Below are positions 28,549 to 38,453 of a DNA stretch of 64,000 nucleotides, piece after piece. Origin of the DNA: an uncultured Candidatus Saccharibacteria bacterium (GTDB lineage Bacteria > Patescibacteriota > Minisyncoccia > Phycocordibacterales > UBA1006); contig CAZROP010000001.1 in NCBI GenBank assembly GCA_964601935.1, forward strand, positions 275,661-339,660. Reading direction: 5' to 3'. The number at the start of each line of letters is the position of its first letter. Position 1 is the first letter of the stretch. A program made the position numbers and the translations under genes. The notes beneath the pieces were generated by a model. That model worked only from the letters and a program-made list of their open reading frames with translations, searched no databases and was not told where the DNA came from.

Positions 28549-31404
28549 ATGTCTGAAAATTATAACGAACCTATCGAAGATGGTGAAGCTCCTGAGTTTG
28601 TAGAAAATGCACCCAAGCATGTAGTAGGCATGGAAGCGTCCAGTGAGCCTCTTTCACAAACACTAAAGGTTATCGAAAGTATTCTGTTCGAAGATCTGGG
28701 TGACGCTTTTCTTCCTGGAACTCCTGCTCGTGAACGATTTGATGAAATAGTGAATGGCGAACAGTTCCAAAATCTAGGGCCAGTATTGCAAAAATTGGCT
28801 GCAGATAGGCGTGATCATAGACGCAATCCGATAACTATTGAAAGTATATATACAGCGCTGAGTCTCTATGTGCAGACAGGGTCCGCCAATAATCGCGTGG
28901 AATTAGCTACGCTATTGGATGGATTTAGTGATGAGTATGAGAAAGGTGGATTACATAAAAGTGAAAGATTGGTGTCCAAGTTGCAGCGATTTGGAAGGGC
29001 AGCCGCGGCAGTATTCACTGGGATGCTCGCACATCCAGCCTATGGCGCGTCAGATATGCCTCAAGCAAGTCCTGTAAACAATGGCGCGCAGAAAACTGCA
29101 TCATTTTCATATGACGCAACAACACCTGCCGGAATATGGAGAGCGAGTGATTACGAGAATACTGATTTAGAAGGTGGAGGCAATGGTAATCCAGAACAGG
29201 AATTAGCAGCAGCAGTTCTTGAGAGAGACAGTTTGAAAGACCAGGTCGCCGAGTTAAGAACAGAATTACAAGGCCTGGATGCTAAAAAAACCGCATATAA
29301 AGCTATCATGGCAAAGAATGTTAAAGGTTCTTCAGCTTGGAAGGGTGCTGACGCTAAACTCGGACCGGTACGTGATAGAATAAATACTATTATACTAGAT
29401 CTAGCAGATTTGAATGGTGAATTAGTAGCTGCACAGGCTAATGTAGATCGTTGGCAGACAGAAGTAGATAGGGCGAATGCGACACAAAATGCAGCAGCGC
29501 TGGCTCAGGCAGAGATACAGAGAATGAATGCCTTGGAAACAGAGGTGGGTACTTTGGTAAAACCAGTGCCTGGTGTATCGAATCGATATGATACTGGTCT
29601 CAAGTCGGGTGAGGATGCAGGGCAGAAAGCATCTGACGCACTGTTTAATATTCAGCAGAGAATGGGGGAAATAGAACAGTTTGTTATTGAAAATGGTCTA
29701 GATGTTCCGCTCAGCAGAACTGATGCAGAGTATGCACTGTGGTCTAGACTGCAGACACATTTGCAAACTCTGCAAAAACAGGCAGATAATGCGCAGCAGT
29801 GGGTAGACAGTTCACAAAAATTAGCAGCAGATCAGTTGGGTATAGCAACCGATTCTGTTGCAGGAGTTCGGGCAGATAATGCAGCAGCAGGTCAGCGCAA
29901 AGATGAATTAGCTGATGCAGAATCTCGCATAAAGAATGCAGCGGCATTGAAGAAGCTAACCAAACCTCGTGAGTTTACTAAAGAGGACGCAAGAAATGTA
30001 AAGCGTAATGCGAAGAACGCCGGCGATATTCGCACAGCAGCAGAGGCCAACATGGATGCGGCATCTATGGATGCAACGAATGCGTTATATGGTGCGTTGA
30101 TGGAAAAGGCACAGTCAGGAACTCTCACTCTTGCAGAATTGAAAGAATTACAAGATATGTTGCCAAAGGTAGAAACAGACCCTGGATTGCGTCTTATTTT
30201 GGAAAAGATCAGGGACCCGAAGACTGGAAAGAAGGAAAGAATGGAGCTACTAAAGATGTACGCACAACAAAGAAGATTCCTCCGACCTGGAGAATATTTC
30301 GATGTCAGTGGACCAGGTTCATCGGGTACTCCAGGCAAGAAGACATCTACCACTGAAACCAAGGTTAAAAAAGGTACACAAATAATCACAGAATCATACA
30401 GTGGTTTGCCGCGAGACCAAGTTCCGCTGGGATTTGTTCAGCATGATAATAATGTGAGAAGTGGTGAATATAGTGCGAATGCTGCAGATAATTACCACGT
30501 ATTATCATATGCGAAATATCTGGGAATGTCAGCGGCAGAAACGAAGCCTACTACAGCACAGGGTGCGATGAAAAACTTGTACAAAGCATTCACTGATCCT
30601 CGTACTGCAGATGACTGGTATTATACTATTCGCGAGGCGTGGGCAAACAAGGGGAGAGCAGATAGCCATACAGGATCCCTGAAGGATGCAGATTTGCGTG
30701 CCCATTTTGATAAGGCTTTCAGTGCAATGTTAAAGAGCCCTGGGAGCATTTCTGCAGAGTTGGCGCGACTTGGTCTGAAAATAGGAACGACGACAGGTAG
30801 AGTAACTCTCTATGGCATAGAGAATGAAAATGGAGGAGTGGTACGTATGATTAATAGTCGAAACGTGCATCCAGGAGAAATGTTCCTAATGACCACAGAT
30901 GGTGATATCGTGGGTAGTTTGTGGTGTATTAATCCAACTATCATCATCCCGACAGTTAGCGGAGAGCGTTTGCGAGAAATCGTTAATACTGCCGATACGG
31001 TTACGGTAACCAATAATCAGTATGAGGAGCTCATAAAATACCGATATATCGAGAATACGGTAATTGTTCAGGGTCAGCAGCAGCAAAGTCGCGTCGGAGT
31101 AAGTGGTAGCGCTAATCTGCACCTGGATCTTGTCCGTATACAGAACCAAAAAACAGGGGCATGTTTCAATGTAGCACGCAATAGATTGCAACAATGGTCC
31201 CAAGGAGATTCGGGAGATAGAGGGCGACCATTGAACGGGAATCATTCAGTGGGGAGTGACGGGGATCGGGGAACTGGGCTAGGTGAACAAATCGGTTCGG
31301 ATGGGGACAGTGGAACAGGTCTAGGTGGTCACAGTAATGGTAATTCGGGTACTCCAGGCAATAATCCAGCCACTAGAAGCAATAATAAGGGGCCGCGGAA
31401 CTAA
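28549..31404 (+). CDS. hypothetical large coiled-coil protein (951 aa) with Gly/Asp/Ser-rich C-terminal tail
   Basis: Intact ORF divergent from pilB. Acidic N-terminus, a long helical middle, and a GDSGDRG...GTGLG repeat tail. Confidence 0.55.
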   Translation: MSENYNEPIEDGEAPEFVENAPKHVVGMEASSEPLSQTLKVIESILFEDLGDAFLPGTPARERFDEIVNGEQFQNLGPVLQKLAADRRDHRRNPITIESIYTALSLYVQTGSANNRVELATLLDGFSDEYEKGGLHKSERLVSKLQRFGRAAAAVFTGMLAHPAYGASDMPQASPVNNGAQKTASFSYDATTPAGIWRASDYENTDLEGGGNGNPEQELAAAVLERDSLKDQVAELRTELQGLDAKKTAYKAIMAKNVKGSSAWKGADAKLGPVRDRINTIILDLADLNGELVAAQANVDRWQTEVDRANATQNAAALAQAEIQRMNALETEVGTLVKPVPGVSNRYDTGLKSGEDAGQKASDALFNIQQRMGEIEQFVIENGLDVPLSRTDAEYALWSRLQTHLQTLQKQADNAQQWVDSSQKLAADQLGIATDSVAGVRADNAAAGQRKDELADAESRIKNAAALKKLTKPREFTKEDARNVKRNAKNAGDIRTAAEANMDAASMDATNALYGALMEKAQSGTLTLAELKELQDMLPKVETDPGLRLILEKIRDPKTGKKERMELLKMYAQQRRFLRPGEYFDVSGPGSSGTPGKKTSTTETKVKKGTQIITESYSGLPRDQVPLGFVQHDNNVRSGEYSANAADNYHVLSYAKYLGMSAAETKPTTAQGAMKNLYKAFTDPRTADDWYYTIREAWANKGRADSHTGSLKDADLRAHFDKAFSAMLKSPGSISAELARLGLKIGTTTGRVTLYGIENENGGVVRMINSRNVHPGEMFLMTTDGDIVGSLWCINPTIIIPTVSGERLREIVNTADTVTVTNNQYEELIKYRYIENTVIVQGQQQQSRVGVSGSANLHLDLVRIQNQKTGACFNVARNRLQQWSQGDSGDRGRPLNGNHSVGSDGDRGTGLGEQIGSDGDSGTGLGGHSNGNSGTPGNNPATRSNNKGPRN

Positions 31405-31456
31405 ACAGTAATAGCTTGACATGACTCAATAAATAAGACATAATATATCATATCGT

Positions 31457-34108
31457 ATGAAAAAACTACTCCAATCAATCACTCTGTCGATCCTTGCATT
31501 TGTTATTGCGCCATTTGCAGTATTGGCTGCGCCTATTATCAACGTAGACAGTGGAGTAGGGCCTGAATCTCTATGTAAGCCTATAGGGGAGATCGTTGTT
31601 AACGAAGAATTCTACAATAATGATATTTCGGTCAATGTGCTTTCCAATGATTATATTTATTACGGAAATACCGCAGCAGCGGTCAGTATCCGGGCCATGG
31701 CAACTAATACTGGTGATACAACTGGGAATGTAAATTACAGCATCCAGTATAATGGTACTCCGGGTGCCTATGCAACATCACACTCATTTACGGTTACGGT
31801 AGATGGCAAAAATCAGGCAATCAATGTTAATACTTCTCCAGCTCTTACTAAAATAGCCTTGGTAGATAGTTACAAGGTTGTTCGTACAGGACAGGCATCT
31901 CAGGGTTCATCGTTCCCTTATGCACAGAGCTCATTGCCGAGTGCCGTGTCGAGCACATCCTTCACTGTACCACCGAGTGGGAACGCGTTCGGATCGTCAT
32001 TTGATTGTAGTGGGTATGGAGTATTTTGGTTCCCAACTGTCAACCAGCCACAAACCTGGGGTTTTGAGGTTGGTCTAAAAAATGTATACAGTATTGTAAA
32101 ACAGGCTACTGTAGTTCCACAGGGCAATTGTCCTATAGATTTGGTGGCTAATCCTACAACAGTATTATTCGGAGGCTCGACAGTTCTCAGCTGGTTGCAT
32201 ACATCTACGAATAACTGTACACTGGCTCTTTCGTGTTCTGCTGTGAACGGTTGGGGGTCAGGATCTCTTCCGGTTACAGGTAGTCAGACTGTCGTGACTA
32301 CTGCACCTGCAGGATCTCAGCAGACATATACTATACAGTGTAATTATCCGAATGGAACGAGCGCAACGGATAGTGCGACAGTGAATATTCAGCAGCAGAA
32401 TAATCCGACCAACTATTGTCCGCCAACATTGGACGCGACACCCAATGTTGTGTTTCCTGGGGCTGTTGTGAATATTAGTTGGGGAGCCCTGCCTAACAAT
32501 GTGTGTACACAGGCTAATTATTGTTTAGCGCAGAGTGGCTGGGCATCAGGACAATTAAACACATCAGGCAATCAGTCATATCCAACCTCGTCTAGTGCTG
32601 CGCCAGGGTCAGGGCTGTCGTTCACTATCAACTGTCATTATCCTGATGGGTCAGTACGCAGTGCAACAGACACTATTACGTTCCAGGGAAATGTAAATCC
32701 GCCACAACAGTATGGTAGTCCGACCATTGATGCGAATCCTGATTCCGTGTATCCAGGGGCACAGGTTAATCTGACCTGGTCAGGCGGCAATGGCGCAGTA
32801 TCATGTCAGGCAATAGATGGTTGGGCACAGTCAATCAACGTTAACGGGTCTCGTGTGTATACCACATCTCAGGGTGCGCCAGGAGGTAGTAACCAAACAT
32901 TCCGTATTCGTTGTTTATATCCTGATGGGGCACAGCGTGATGCGTCAGATACGATACAATTCATCGCACAGAATATTCCACCGAATCAGTACCAGAACCC
33001 AAACAATGGCGGAGTATCAGGAATCGCAGGGTCTCCCATCGTACGCACATTGTCAGCGCGATCTGTAGAGAAAACATCTGCAAAATTGCGTGGATACTTC
33101 AACGCAAATGGATGTCCTGCTATTACCACATGGTTCGAGTACGGACCAGAACGTGGTAATTTGGAATTCCGTTCAGATAGTATTACTCAGAGTAATAAAT
33201 ATGGAAACGTAGAATTTGTTGCAACCAATTTGCGGCCAAAAACAAAATACTACTATCGTATCGTAGGAGAAAACTGCAAAGGGGTGAGTTTGGGAGCTAT
33301 CGAATCACTCGTAACTGCCAGTGGAGCTATCAATGTTGTGGGTTCACAGGCTACTACGAATAATACTACTGTCGTTCGCAATGTAACTGAACGTATAGTA
33401 GATACATCAGTCACGGCGACAGGTGCGGGTACCAGCTATCTGCGTTTAGATGTTACGAACGACAATGATGTTCCCGATGAAGACAACGAGCCTATTCGGG
33501 TTGTGATCCGTGGAGAAGTAGTGGTATATCGGGTTGTTTGGGAAAATCTCACTACCAGTATGCTGCGTGACGGCAAAATCCGTGTGAATTTGCCTCGCGA
33601 GCTCGCGTTCATGAATTCATCAAATGGAATCTATGACAAGGATTCAAATAGCGTATACATGACTATAGGAGATATTCCTGGACGTGCCAGCGGAGTAGAG
33701 TTCATTACGGTCAAGGTAACCACCGGAGGCGCAGTAGGTGATCCTGTAGTAGTTGAAGCAATTGCTGCATTCGATGCGCCGAAAACTGACGCGCAGGTAA
33801 ACGCTATTGATTATGATGAAGACGTGTTGGCAGACCGTGTATTGGCTGCTGCGAATCCATTCTCATTCAATTGGATATGGATCATAGGAATTATTCTATT
33901 AATGGTACTGGTATTCCTCATCGCGCGTTATCATGCGCTAGCGAGTCAGTATCGTGGTGGAGGTTATAATCAGCATAATTACTATACTCCCCCTGGTCCA
34001 CAGACGCCTCCCGTTGTGCCAGTACGAATGTCAGAGCCAGAGCGTGATCCATTTGTTCCGCCCTCTGCGGGCAGTGGTCCTGTCTACAAACCCTATCAGC
34101 CGGAATAA
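31457..34108 (+). CDS. cell-surface protein with tandem Ig-like repeats and C-terminal membrane anchor
   Basis: A signal peptide. Three or more ~90-aa repeats (PT.DA.P..V.PGA.VN..W....C.A..GW). An Fn3-like segment. The TM FNWIWIIGIILLMVLVFLI, followed by a Pro-rich tail. Confidence 0.6.
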   Translation: MKKLLQSITLSILAFVIAPFAVLAAPIINVDSGVGPESLCKPIGEIVVNEEFYNNDISVNVLSNDYIYYGNTAAAVSIRAMATNTGDTTGNVNYSIQYNGTPGAYATSHSFTVTVDGKNQAINVNTSPALTKIALVDSYKVVRTGQASQGSSFPYAQSSLPSAVSSTSFTVPPSGNAFGSSFDCSGYGVFWFPTVNQPQTWGFEVGLKNVYSIVKQATVVPQGNCPIDLVANPTTVLFGGSTVLSWLHTSTNNCTLALSCSAVNGWGSGSLPVTGSQTVVTTAPAGSQQTYTIQCNYPNGTSATDSATVNIQQQNNPTNYCPPTLDATPNVVFPGAVVNISWGALPNNVCTQANYCLAQSGWASGQLNTSGNQSYPTSSSAAPGSGLSFTINCHYPDGSVRSATDTITFQGNVNPPQQYGSPTIDANPDSVYPGAQVNLTWSGGNGAVSCQAIDGWAQSINVNGSRVYTTSQGAPGGSNQTFRIRCLYPDGAQRDASDTIQFIAQNIPPNQYQNPNNGGVSGIAGSPIVRTLSARSVEKTSAKLRGYFNANGCPAITTWFEYGPERGNLEFRSDSITQSNKYGNVEFVATNLRPKTKYYYRIVGENCKGVSLGAIESLVTASGAINVVGSQATTNNTTVVRNVTERIVDTSVTATGAGTSYLRLDVTNDNDVPDEDNEPIRVVIRGEVVVYRVVWENLTTSMLRDGKIRVNLPRELAFMNSSNGIYDKDSNSVYMTIGDIPGRASGVEFITVKVTTGGAVGDPVVVEAIAAFDAPKTDAQVNAIDYDEDVLADRVLAAANPFSFNWIWIIGIILLMVLVFLIARYHALASQYRGGGYNQHNYYTPPGPQTPPVVPVRMSEPERDPFVPPSAGSGPVYKPYQPE

Positions 34109-34118
34109 GAACTCATTA

Positions 34119-34148
34119 AAAAACACCCTTACGAAGGGGTGTTTTTTA
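34119..34148 (+). terminator. rho-independent terminator
   Basis: aacaccc-ttacgaa-ggggtgtt plus TTTTTT. Confidence 0.55.
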
Positions 34149-34187
34149 TAAATCCACAAACACACATACATGCTATACTAGAGTCCT

Positions 34188-34634
34188 ATGACCTCGAATA
34201 CCACTGTCGTTACCCTGGATGCTTTGTCTGATTTCGCTCAATCTTTACTGGATAGTATACCCGAAGTACCATCTGCAACAATTTTCTATTTGGGAGGTGA
34301 TTTGGGTGTCGGTAAAACTACATTTGTCACAGCATTAGCCGGGGTGCTGGATATTGGTGAAGTGATAACGAGTCCTACCTTTGTTATTCAGAAGTCGTAT
34401 CCGATAGCACAGCATAGCCGCTTTTCACAATTGATTCATATTGATGCCTACCGTTTGGATTCTGGTGATGATCTGGAGAAATTGCGCTCCCACGAGTATT
34501 TTGCCGACCCGAGCAATCTAATCTGTATCGAATGGTATACCAATATTACCTCTGCATTACCCGGCGCAGGTGTATATATTGATATTGCTATCGTCGATGC
34601 TGCTACTCGTTCATTCACTGTGTCCGTTGTATAA
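34188..34634 (+). CDS. tsaE: tRNA threonylcarbamoyladenosine biosynthesis ATPase TsaE
   Basis: YLGGDLGVGKTTFV P-loop and a downstream SPTF motif. About 150 aa. Confidence 0.7.
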   Translation: MTSNTTVVTLDALSDFAQSLLDSIPEVPSATIFYLGGDLGVGKTTFVTALAGVLDIGEVITSPTFVIQKSYPIAQHSRFSQLIHIDAYRLDSGDDLEKLRSHEYFADPSNLICIEWYTNITSALPGAGVYIDIAIVDAATRSFTVSVV

Positions 34635-34641
34635 TGTGTCT

Positions 34642-37029
34642 ATGGTTAAAATTACTAACAAACCCACCGTAGTATTGCTGGATAGTCATGCAATGCTCCA
34701 TCGTTCGTACCATGCTTTTCCTAATCTGACTACTCCTCATGGAGAGCCTTCGGGCGCGCTGTTCGGTCTGACGCAGATGTTGTTACATGTTATGTCCGAA
34801 TTTGATCCACATGATGTGGTGGCATGTTTTGATCTGCCTGTTGATACATTCCGCCACACCGCATTCGATGGGTACAAGGCTGGTCGTCAAAAAACTGATG
34901 ATGCATTGTCGATTCAAATAGAGCGCGCACGAGGAATTATGGAGGCGTGGAGTATACCAGTAGTGGATGCTCCCGGATTCGAAGCTGACGACTGCATAGG
35001 TACATTAGCAAACAAATATCATGTAGCAGGATACCATGTAGTAATAGCATCAGGAGATCGAGATACTCTACAGTTAGTACGAGATAATGATGTGGTGGTT
35101 TGGACATTAAAGCAAAATATCAAAGAAAGCATAGTGTTTAACGAAGAAGGCGTAATTAATTATTACGGATTTGTTCCGCAACTGATTCCAGATTACAAGG
35201 CACTAGCAGGGGATTCCAGCGATAATATTCCAGGGATTCGTGGAATAGGTGATAAAACTGCACGTACATTGGTTGGGCAAGTCGGCAGTATAGATACTAT
35301 ATATGATGTGTTAACAACGGATCCTGAGCGTATTCAAACTCTGATACCAAAGCGTATGGTTGAGCTACTGAAAAATGGTCGCGAAGAAGCAGATTTTTCG
35401 CGCATTTTGGGAGAAATACGATTAGATGCTCCGGTAGAGATTGTGGCATATGACAAGGCTTGGCGGGAACGTGCATCAGCAGATGCTATCTTGTCAGTAT
35501 GTCGCACCTATTCGTTTACTTCGTTGATCAATCGCGTGAGAAACTTATTTTCATTACAGGCTATTACAGAACAGACACCTTCTTTGTTGGATGGGCTAGA
35601 TAGTGCGCATCAGTCTGTTGATGATGTAGAATTACGACGTATGCAGATTGCCCGATGGGTGATTGATCCTTCTCGGAGTAACTACACACTTTCAGAATTA
35701 TATGCTTGGTCAGGCGCGGCTACGATATCGGGTATTTGGGAGGCGCTAGACAAAGAAATAGCGCATACACAGACTGAATTCGTTTGGAACAGTATAGAGG
35801 ATCCTCTAATATCTATTGTTGCAAGTATGCGTGAACACGGCATGCTATTAGATCAGGCAACTTTATCGAGCATCGGTGATGGGGTGCAGGAGTCATTACA
35901 TGTTGTAGAGAAAAAGATTCAAGATCATGCTGGTGTACAGTTTAATATTAATTCTCCGAAACAACTAGGAGAAATTCTTTTTGAAACACTAAATATCACA
36001 GGAAAAGGAATAAAGAAGAACAAGTCTGGGGGGTATTCGACCCAGGAATCAGAGTTAGAAAAAATACGTCACCTGCACCCCGTTATCGCTGATATTTTAG
36101 AATACCGTGGTCTGGCAAAACTCCAATCAACTTATATCGAATCGCTACCTCGATTCTGTGATGAAAATTCACGCATACATCCCTGGTTGCGCCAGGATGG
36201 GGCCGCTACCGGTCGGTTTTCATGTACGGATCCTAATATTCAGAATATTCCTATACGTACAGAGTTAGGGAAAACATTGCGCAATGCATTCGTGGCGCCG
36301 CCTGGTTATGTTATTGTGCGTTGTGATTATTCGCAAATAGAATTACGTCTGGCGGCACTCCTGTCAGGAGAAGACACGATGTGCAAAATGTTTCGTAATA
36401 ATGACGATATTCATACTGCAGTCGCTGCGCGTGTATTCGGTGTGCCAGAATCAGATGTTACGCGCGATCAGCGTCGTAGCGCAAAAGTTATTAACTTTGG
36501 GATACTCTATGGTATGGGTGCGACAGCGTTGGCAGGGGAATTGGGTACTATCCGATCAGAGGCAGAAGAGTATTTGCATGCATACTATGCACGATTTCCT
36601 CGTATACAGGAGTATGCACGGGATAATATAGAGCATGCTCGCAACCATGGATATACGCTGACGTTATTCGGTCGTAGGCGACCTGTTCCGGAAATGAGCT
36701 CGGGATCACCCATGGTGCGTGCTTATGGCGAGCGGATCGCTATGAATGCGCCTATACAGGGGACCGCAGCAGATGTAATGAAGTTGGGAATGATTCAGGC
36801 TGATACCGTATGTCAAAAGTATAATGCTTATATGATAGCCCAAGTGCATGACGAAGTATTATTTGAGGTTCCCGAAAGTGTAGTGAATGAATTCGTTCCC
36901 GATATAGAACAGACACTAGAATCGATACTGTCAGTATACAAACCTGATGTTGCTGCACTGGTTCCGTTGGTTGTAGAAACAGAAGTTGGTCCATCGTGGG
37001 GCCAGACTAAGCCGTATATAACCTCATAA
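34642..37029 (+). CDS. polA: DNA polymerase I
   Basis: A 5-prime nuclease domain. Polymerase motif A DYSQIELR, motif B RRSAKVINFGILYG, and motif C QVHDEVLFE. The start is placed at MVKITNK; the listed ORF starts earlier inside tsaE. Confidence 0.85.
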   Translation: MVKITNKPTVVLLDSHAMLHRSYHAFPNLTTPHGEPSGALFGLTQMLLHVMSEFDPHDVVACFDLPVDTFRHTAFDGYKAGRQKTDDALSIQIERARGIMEAWSIPVVDAPGFEADDCIGTLANKYHVAGYHVVIASGDRDTLQLVRDNDVVVWTLKQNIKESIVFNEEGVINYYGFVPQLIPDYKALAGDSSDNIPGIRGIGDKTARTLVGQVGSIDTIYDVLTTDPERIQTLIPKRMVELLKNGREEADFSRILGEIRLDAPVEIVAYDKAWRERASADAILSVCRTYSFTSLINRVRNLFSLQAITEQTPSLLDGLDSAHQSVDDVELRRMQIARWVIDPSRSNYTLSELYAWSGAATISGIWEALDKEIAHTQTEFVWNSIEDPLISIVASMREHGMLLDQATLSSIGDGVQESLHVVEKKIQDHAGVQFNINSPKQLGEILFETLNITGKGIKKNKSGGYSTQESELEKIRHLHPVIADILEYRGLAKLQSTYIESLPRFCDENSRIHPWLRQDGAATGRFSCTDPNIQNIPIRTELGKTLRNAFVAPPGYVIVRCDYSQIELRLAALLSGEDTMCKMFRNNDDIHTAVAARVFGVPESDVTRDQRRSAKVINFGILYGMGATALAGELGTIRSEAEEYLHAYYARFPRIQEYARDNIEHARNHGYTLTLFGRRRPVPEMSSGSPMVRAYGERIAMNAPIQGTAADVMKLGMIQADTVCQKYNAYMIAQVHDEVLFEVPESVVNEFVPDIEQTLESILSVYKPDVAALVPLVVETEVGPSWGQTKPYITS

Positions 37030-37033
37030 TAGT

Positions 37034-37474
37034 ATGACTACAGAAGACATTATTATACCAACATTATTTGGAGCTCAGGCCACCATAGTTCGCGGCATAG
37101 CTGAGACTGTAAAAAAATCTGTAGCAGAACGTGATACTCGACCGTATGCTCTAACAGATGCGCTCTTTGCTGGCGACAAACGCACGCTATGGATTCAGTA
37201 CCGTACATTAATCCGGGATGGATATACGCCTGATGAGCTAGCAATTACTCTCTGGTGGGGGATCAAATCCATTTTGCAGGTGTATAGCGCAGATTCGTCA
37301 GTTTCTCCCTATGTAACAAAGAAGATTAGTGTATTGCAAAAAAAAATGAATCAAGCAGGCGCGGTAACCATGGCATTGGCGTTTTTGGAATCGATCACGA
37401 GTGCCCGTACGACAACTGGCGGGATCGGGGCTGAATCCTATATAGAGCGGTGGATATTGGAATTATCTTTGTAG
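37034..37474 (+). CDS. hypothetical protein (possibly a DNA pol III delta-like C-terminal domain)
   Basis: Lies directly after polA. It has a weak resemblance to the HolA helical domain (DALFAGDKRTLWIQYRTLIRDG). Confidence 0.35.
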   Translation: MTTEDIIIPTLFGAQATIVRGIAETVKKSVAERDTRPYALTDALFAGDKRTLWIQYRTLIRDGYTPDELAITLWWGIKSILQVYSADSSVSPYVTKKISVLQKKMNQAGAVTMALAFLESITSARTTTGGIGAESYIERWILELSL

Positions 37475-37501
37475 AGTAGGGTGGTATACTGAATCAGTAT
37501 T

Positions 37502-38452
37502 ATGGATACTGATTATTTGCCGTCTACGGGCTTTGTGCGCATAGTGTTCGGTGTTCTCGTTGCTGGGATACTATTTTATGTAATATATTCAGGAGCTCCA
37601 GAAATACGTGCGGTCATATCAGGCTTTTTTCAGCAAGGTAGTGCGGGCTCAGCAGAAAAGAACGAAGATGCATACAGCGATTACCGTACTTTGGATACTG
37701 ATAAAGATGGATTATTTGACTGGGAAGAGTCGCTTTTTGGCACCGATCACACACTAGCTGACACTGATTCAGACGGCACAACAGATTTTGAGGAGTATCA
37801 TGCAGTTTCTGTCGCTCTAGCAAACGACTCGCTGGCTGGTACGATCCCTCTGGGGCAACAAATTGGGGGTGTGTTAGCAGTAGATGCTTTTGACCCGAAC
37901 AATCTCACTGATTCGTTGGCGCGTGATTTATATACGTCTCTTTCAATTGCAAAACAACAATCAGGAGGAGTACTGAAAGAATCAGACACAGAACAACTGG
38001 CAACTATTGCAGCAAAAACAACTCAAGGTTTTTCTATTCGTCAGTATGAGGATGTGGATTTCAAGACTGTTCCAGACTCGTCGCTCGCACGAACAAACTT
38101 CGTAAATGATTTTGCAAAAATCCAACAGCAATCACCTCTGCGTCCAGATGATTTACGCAGGGTGTTACTGGCTATAGAAAATGACTCATCAATTCCTGCC
38201 GATATCATTGAACGTTCAGCGCAGTATAACAAGTTTGTGACGCAGCATTTGTCTGTTCTTATCCCTACTACCAAGCTGCCTGCTTACAAAAACTACGTGA
38301 ATGCCTTGAATCGCTATCTAGAAATGGTTCGTCTGATAGCGTTGAATGATATTGATCCAGCACGTTCGATTGGCGCTATACAGTCCATGGAGAATGTAGT
38401 TCAAAATCTGGATAGGTATATTCAGCAGTTTGCTTTGTCATTTAAATCGTAA
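37502..38452 (+). CDS. membrane-anchored protein with Asp-rich calcium-binding-like repeats
   Basis: An N-terminal TM. The block DTDKDGLFDWEESLFGTDHTLADTDSDGTTDFEEY is thrombospondin type 3-like (DxDxDG). Confidence 0.5.
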   Translation: MDTDYLPSTGFVRIVFGVLVAGILFYVIYSGAPEIRAVISGFFQQGSAGSAEKNEDAYSDYRTLDTDKDGLFDWEESLFGTDHTLADTDSDGTTDFEEYHAVSVALANDSLAGTIPLGQQIGGVLAVDAFDPNNLTDSLARDLYTSLSIAKQQSGGVLKESDTEQLATIAAKTTQGFSIRQYEDVDFKTVPDSSLARTNFVNDFAKIQQQSPLRPDDLRRVLLAIENDSSIPADIIERSAQYNKFVTQHLSVLIPTTKLPAYKNYVNALNRYLEMVRLIALNDIDPARSIGAIQSMENVVQNLDRYIQQFALSFKS

Positions 38453-38453
38453 T

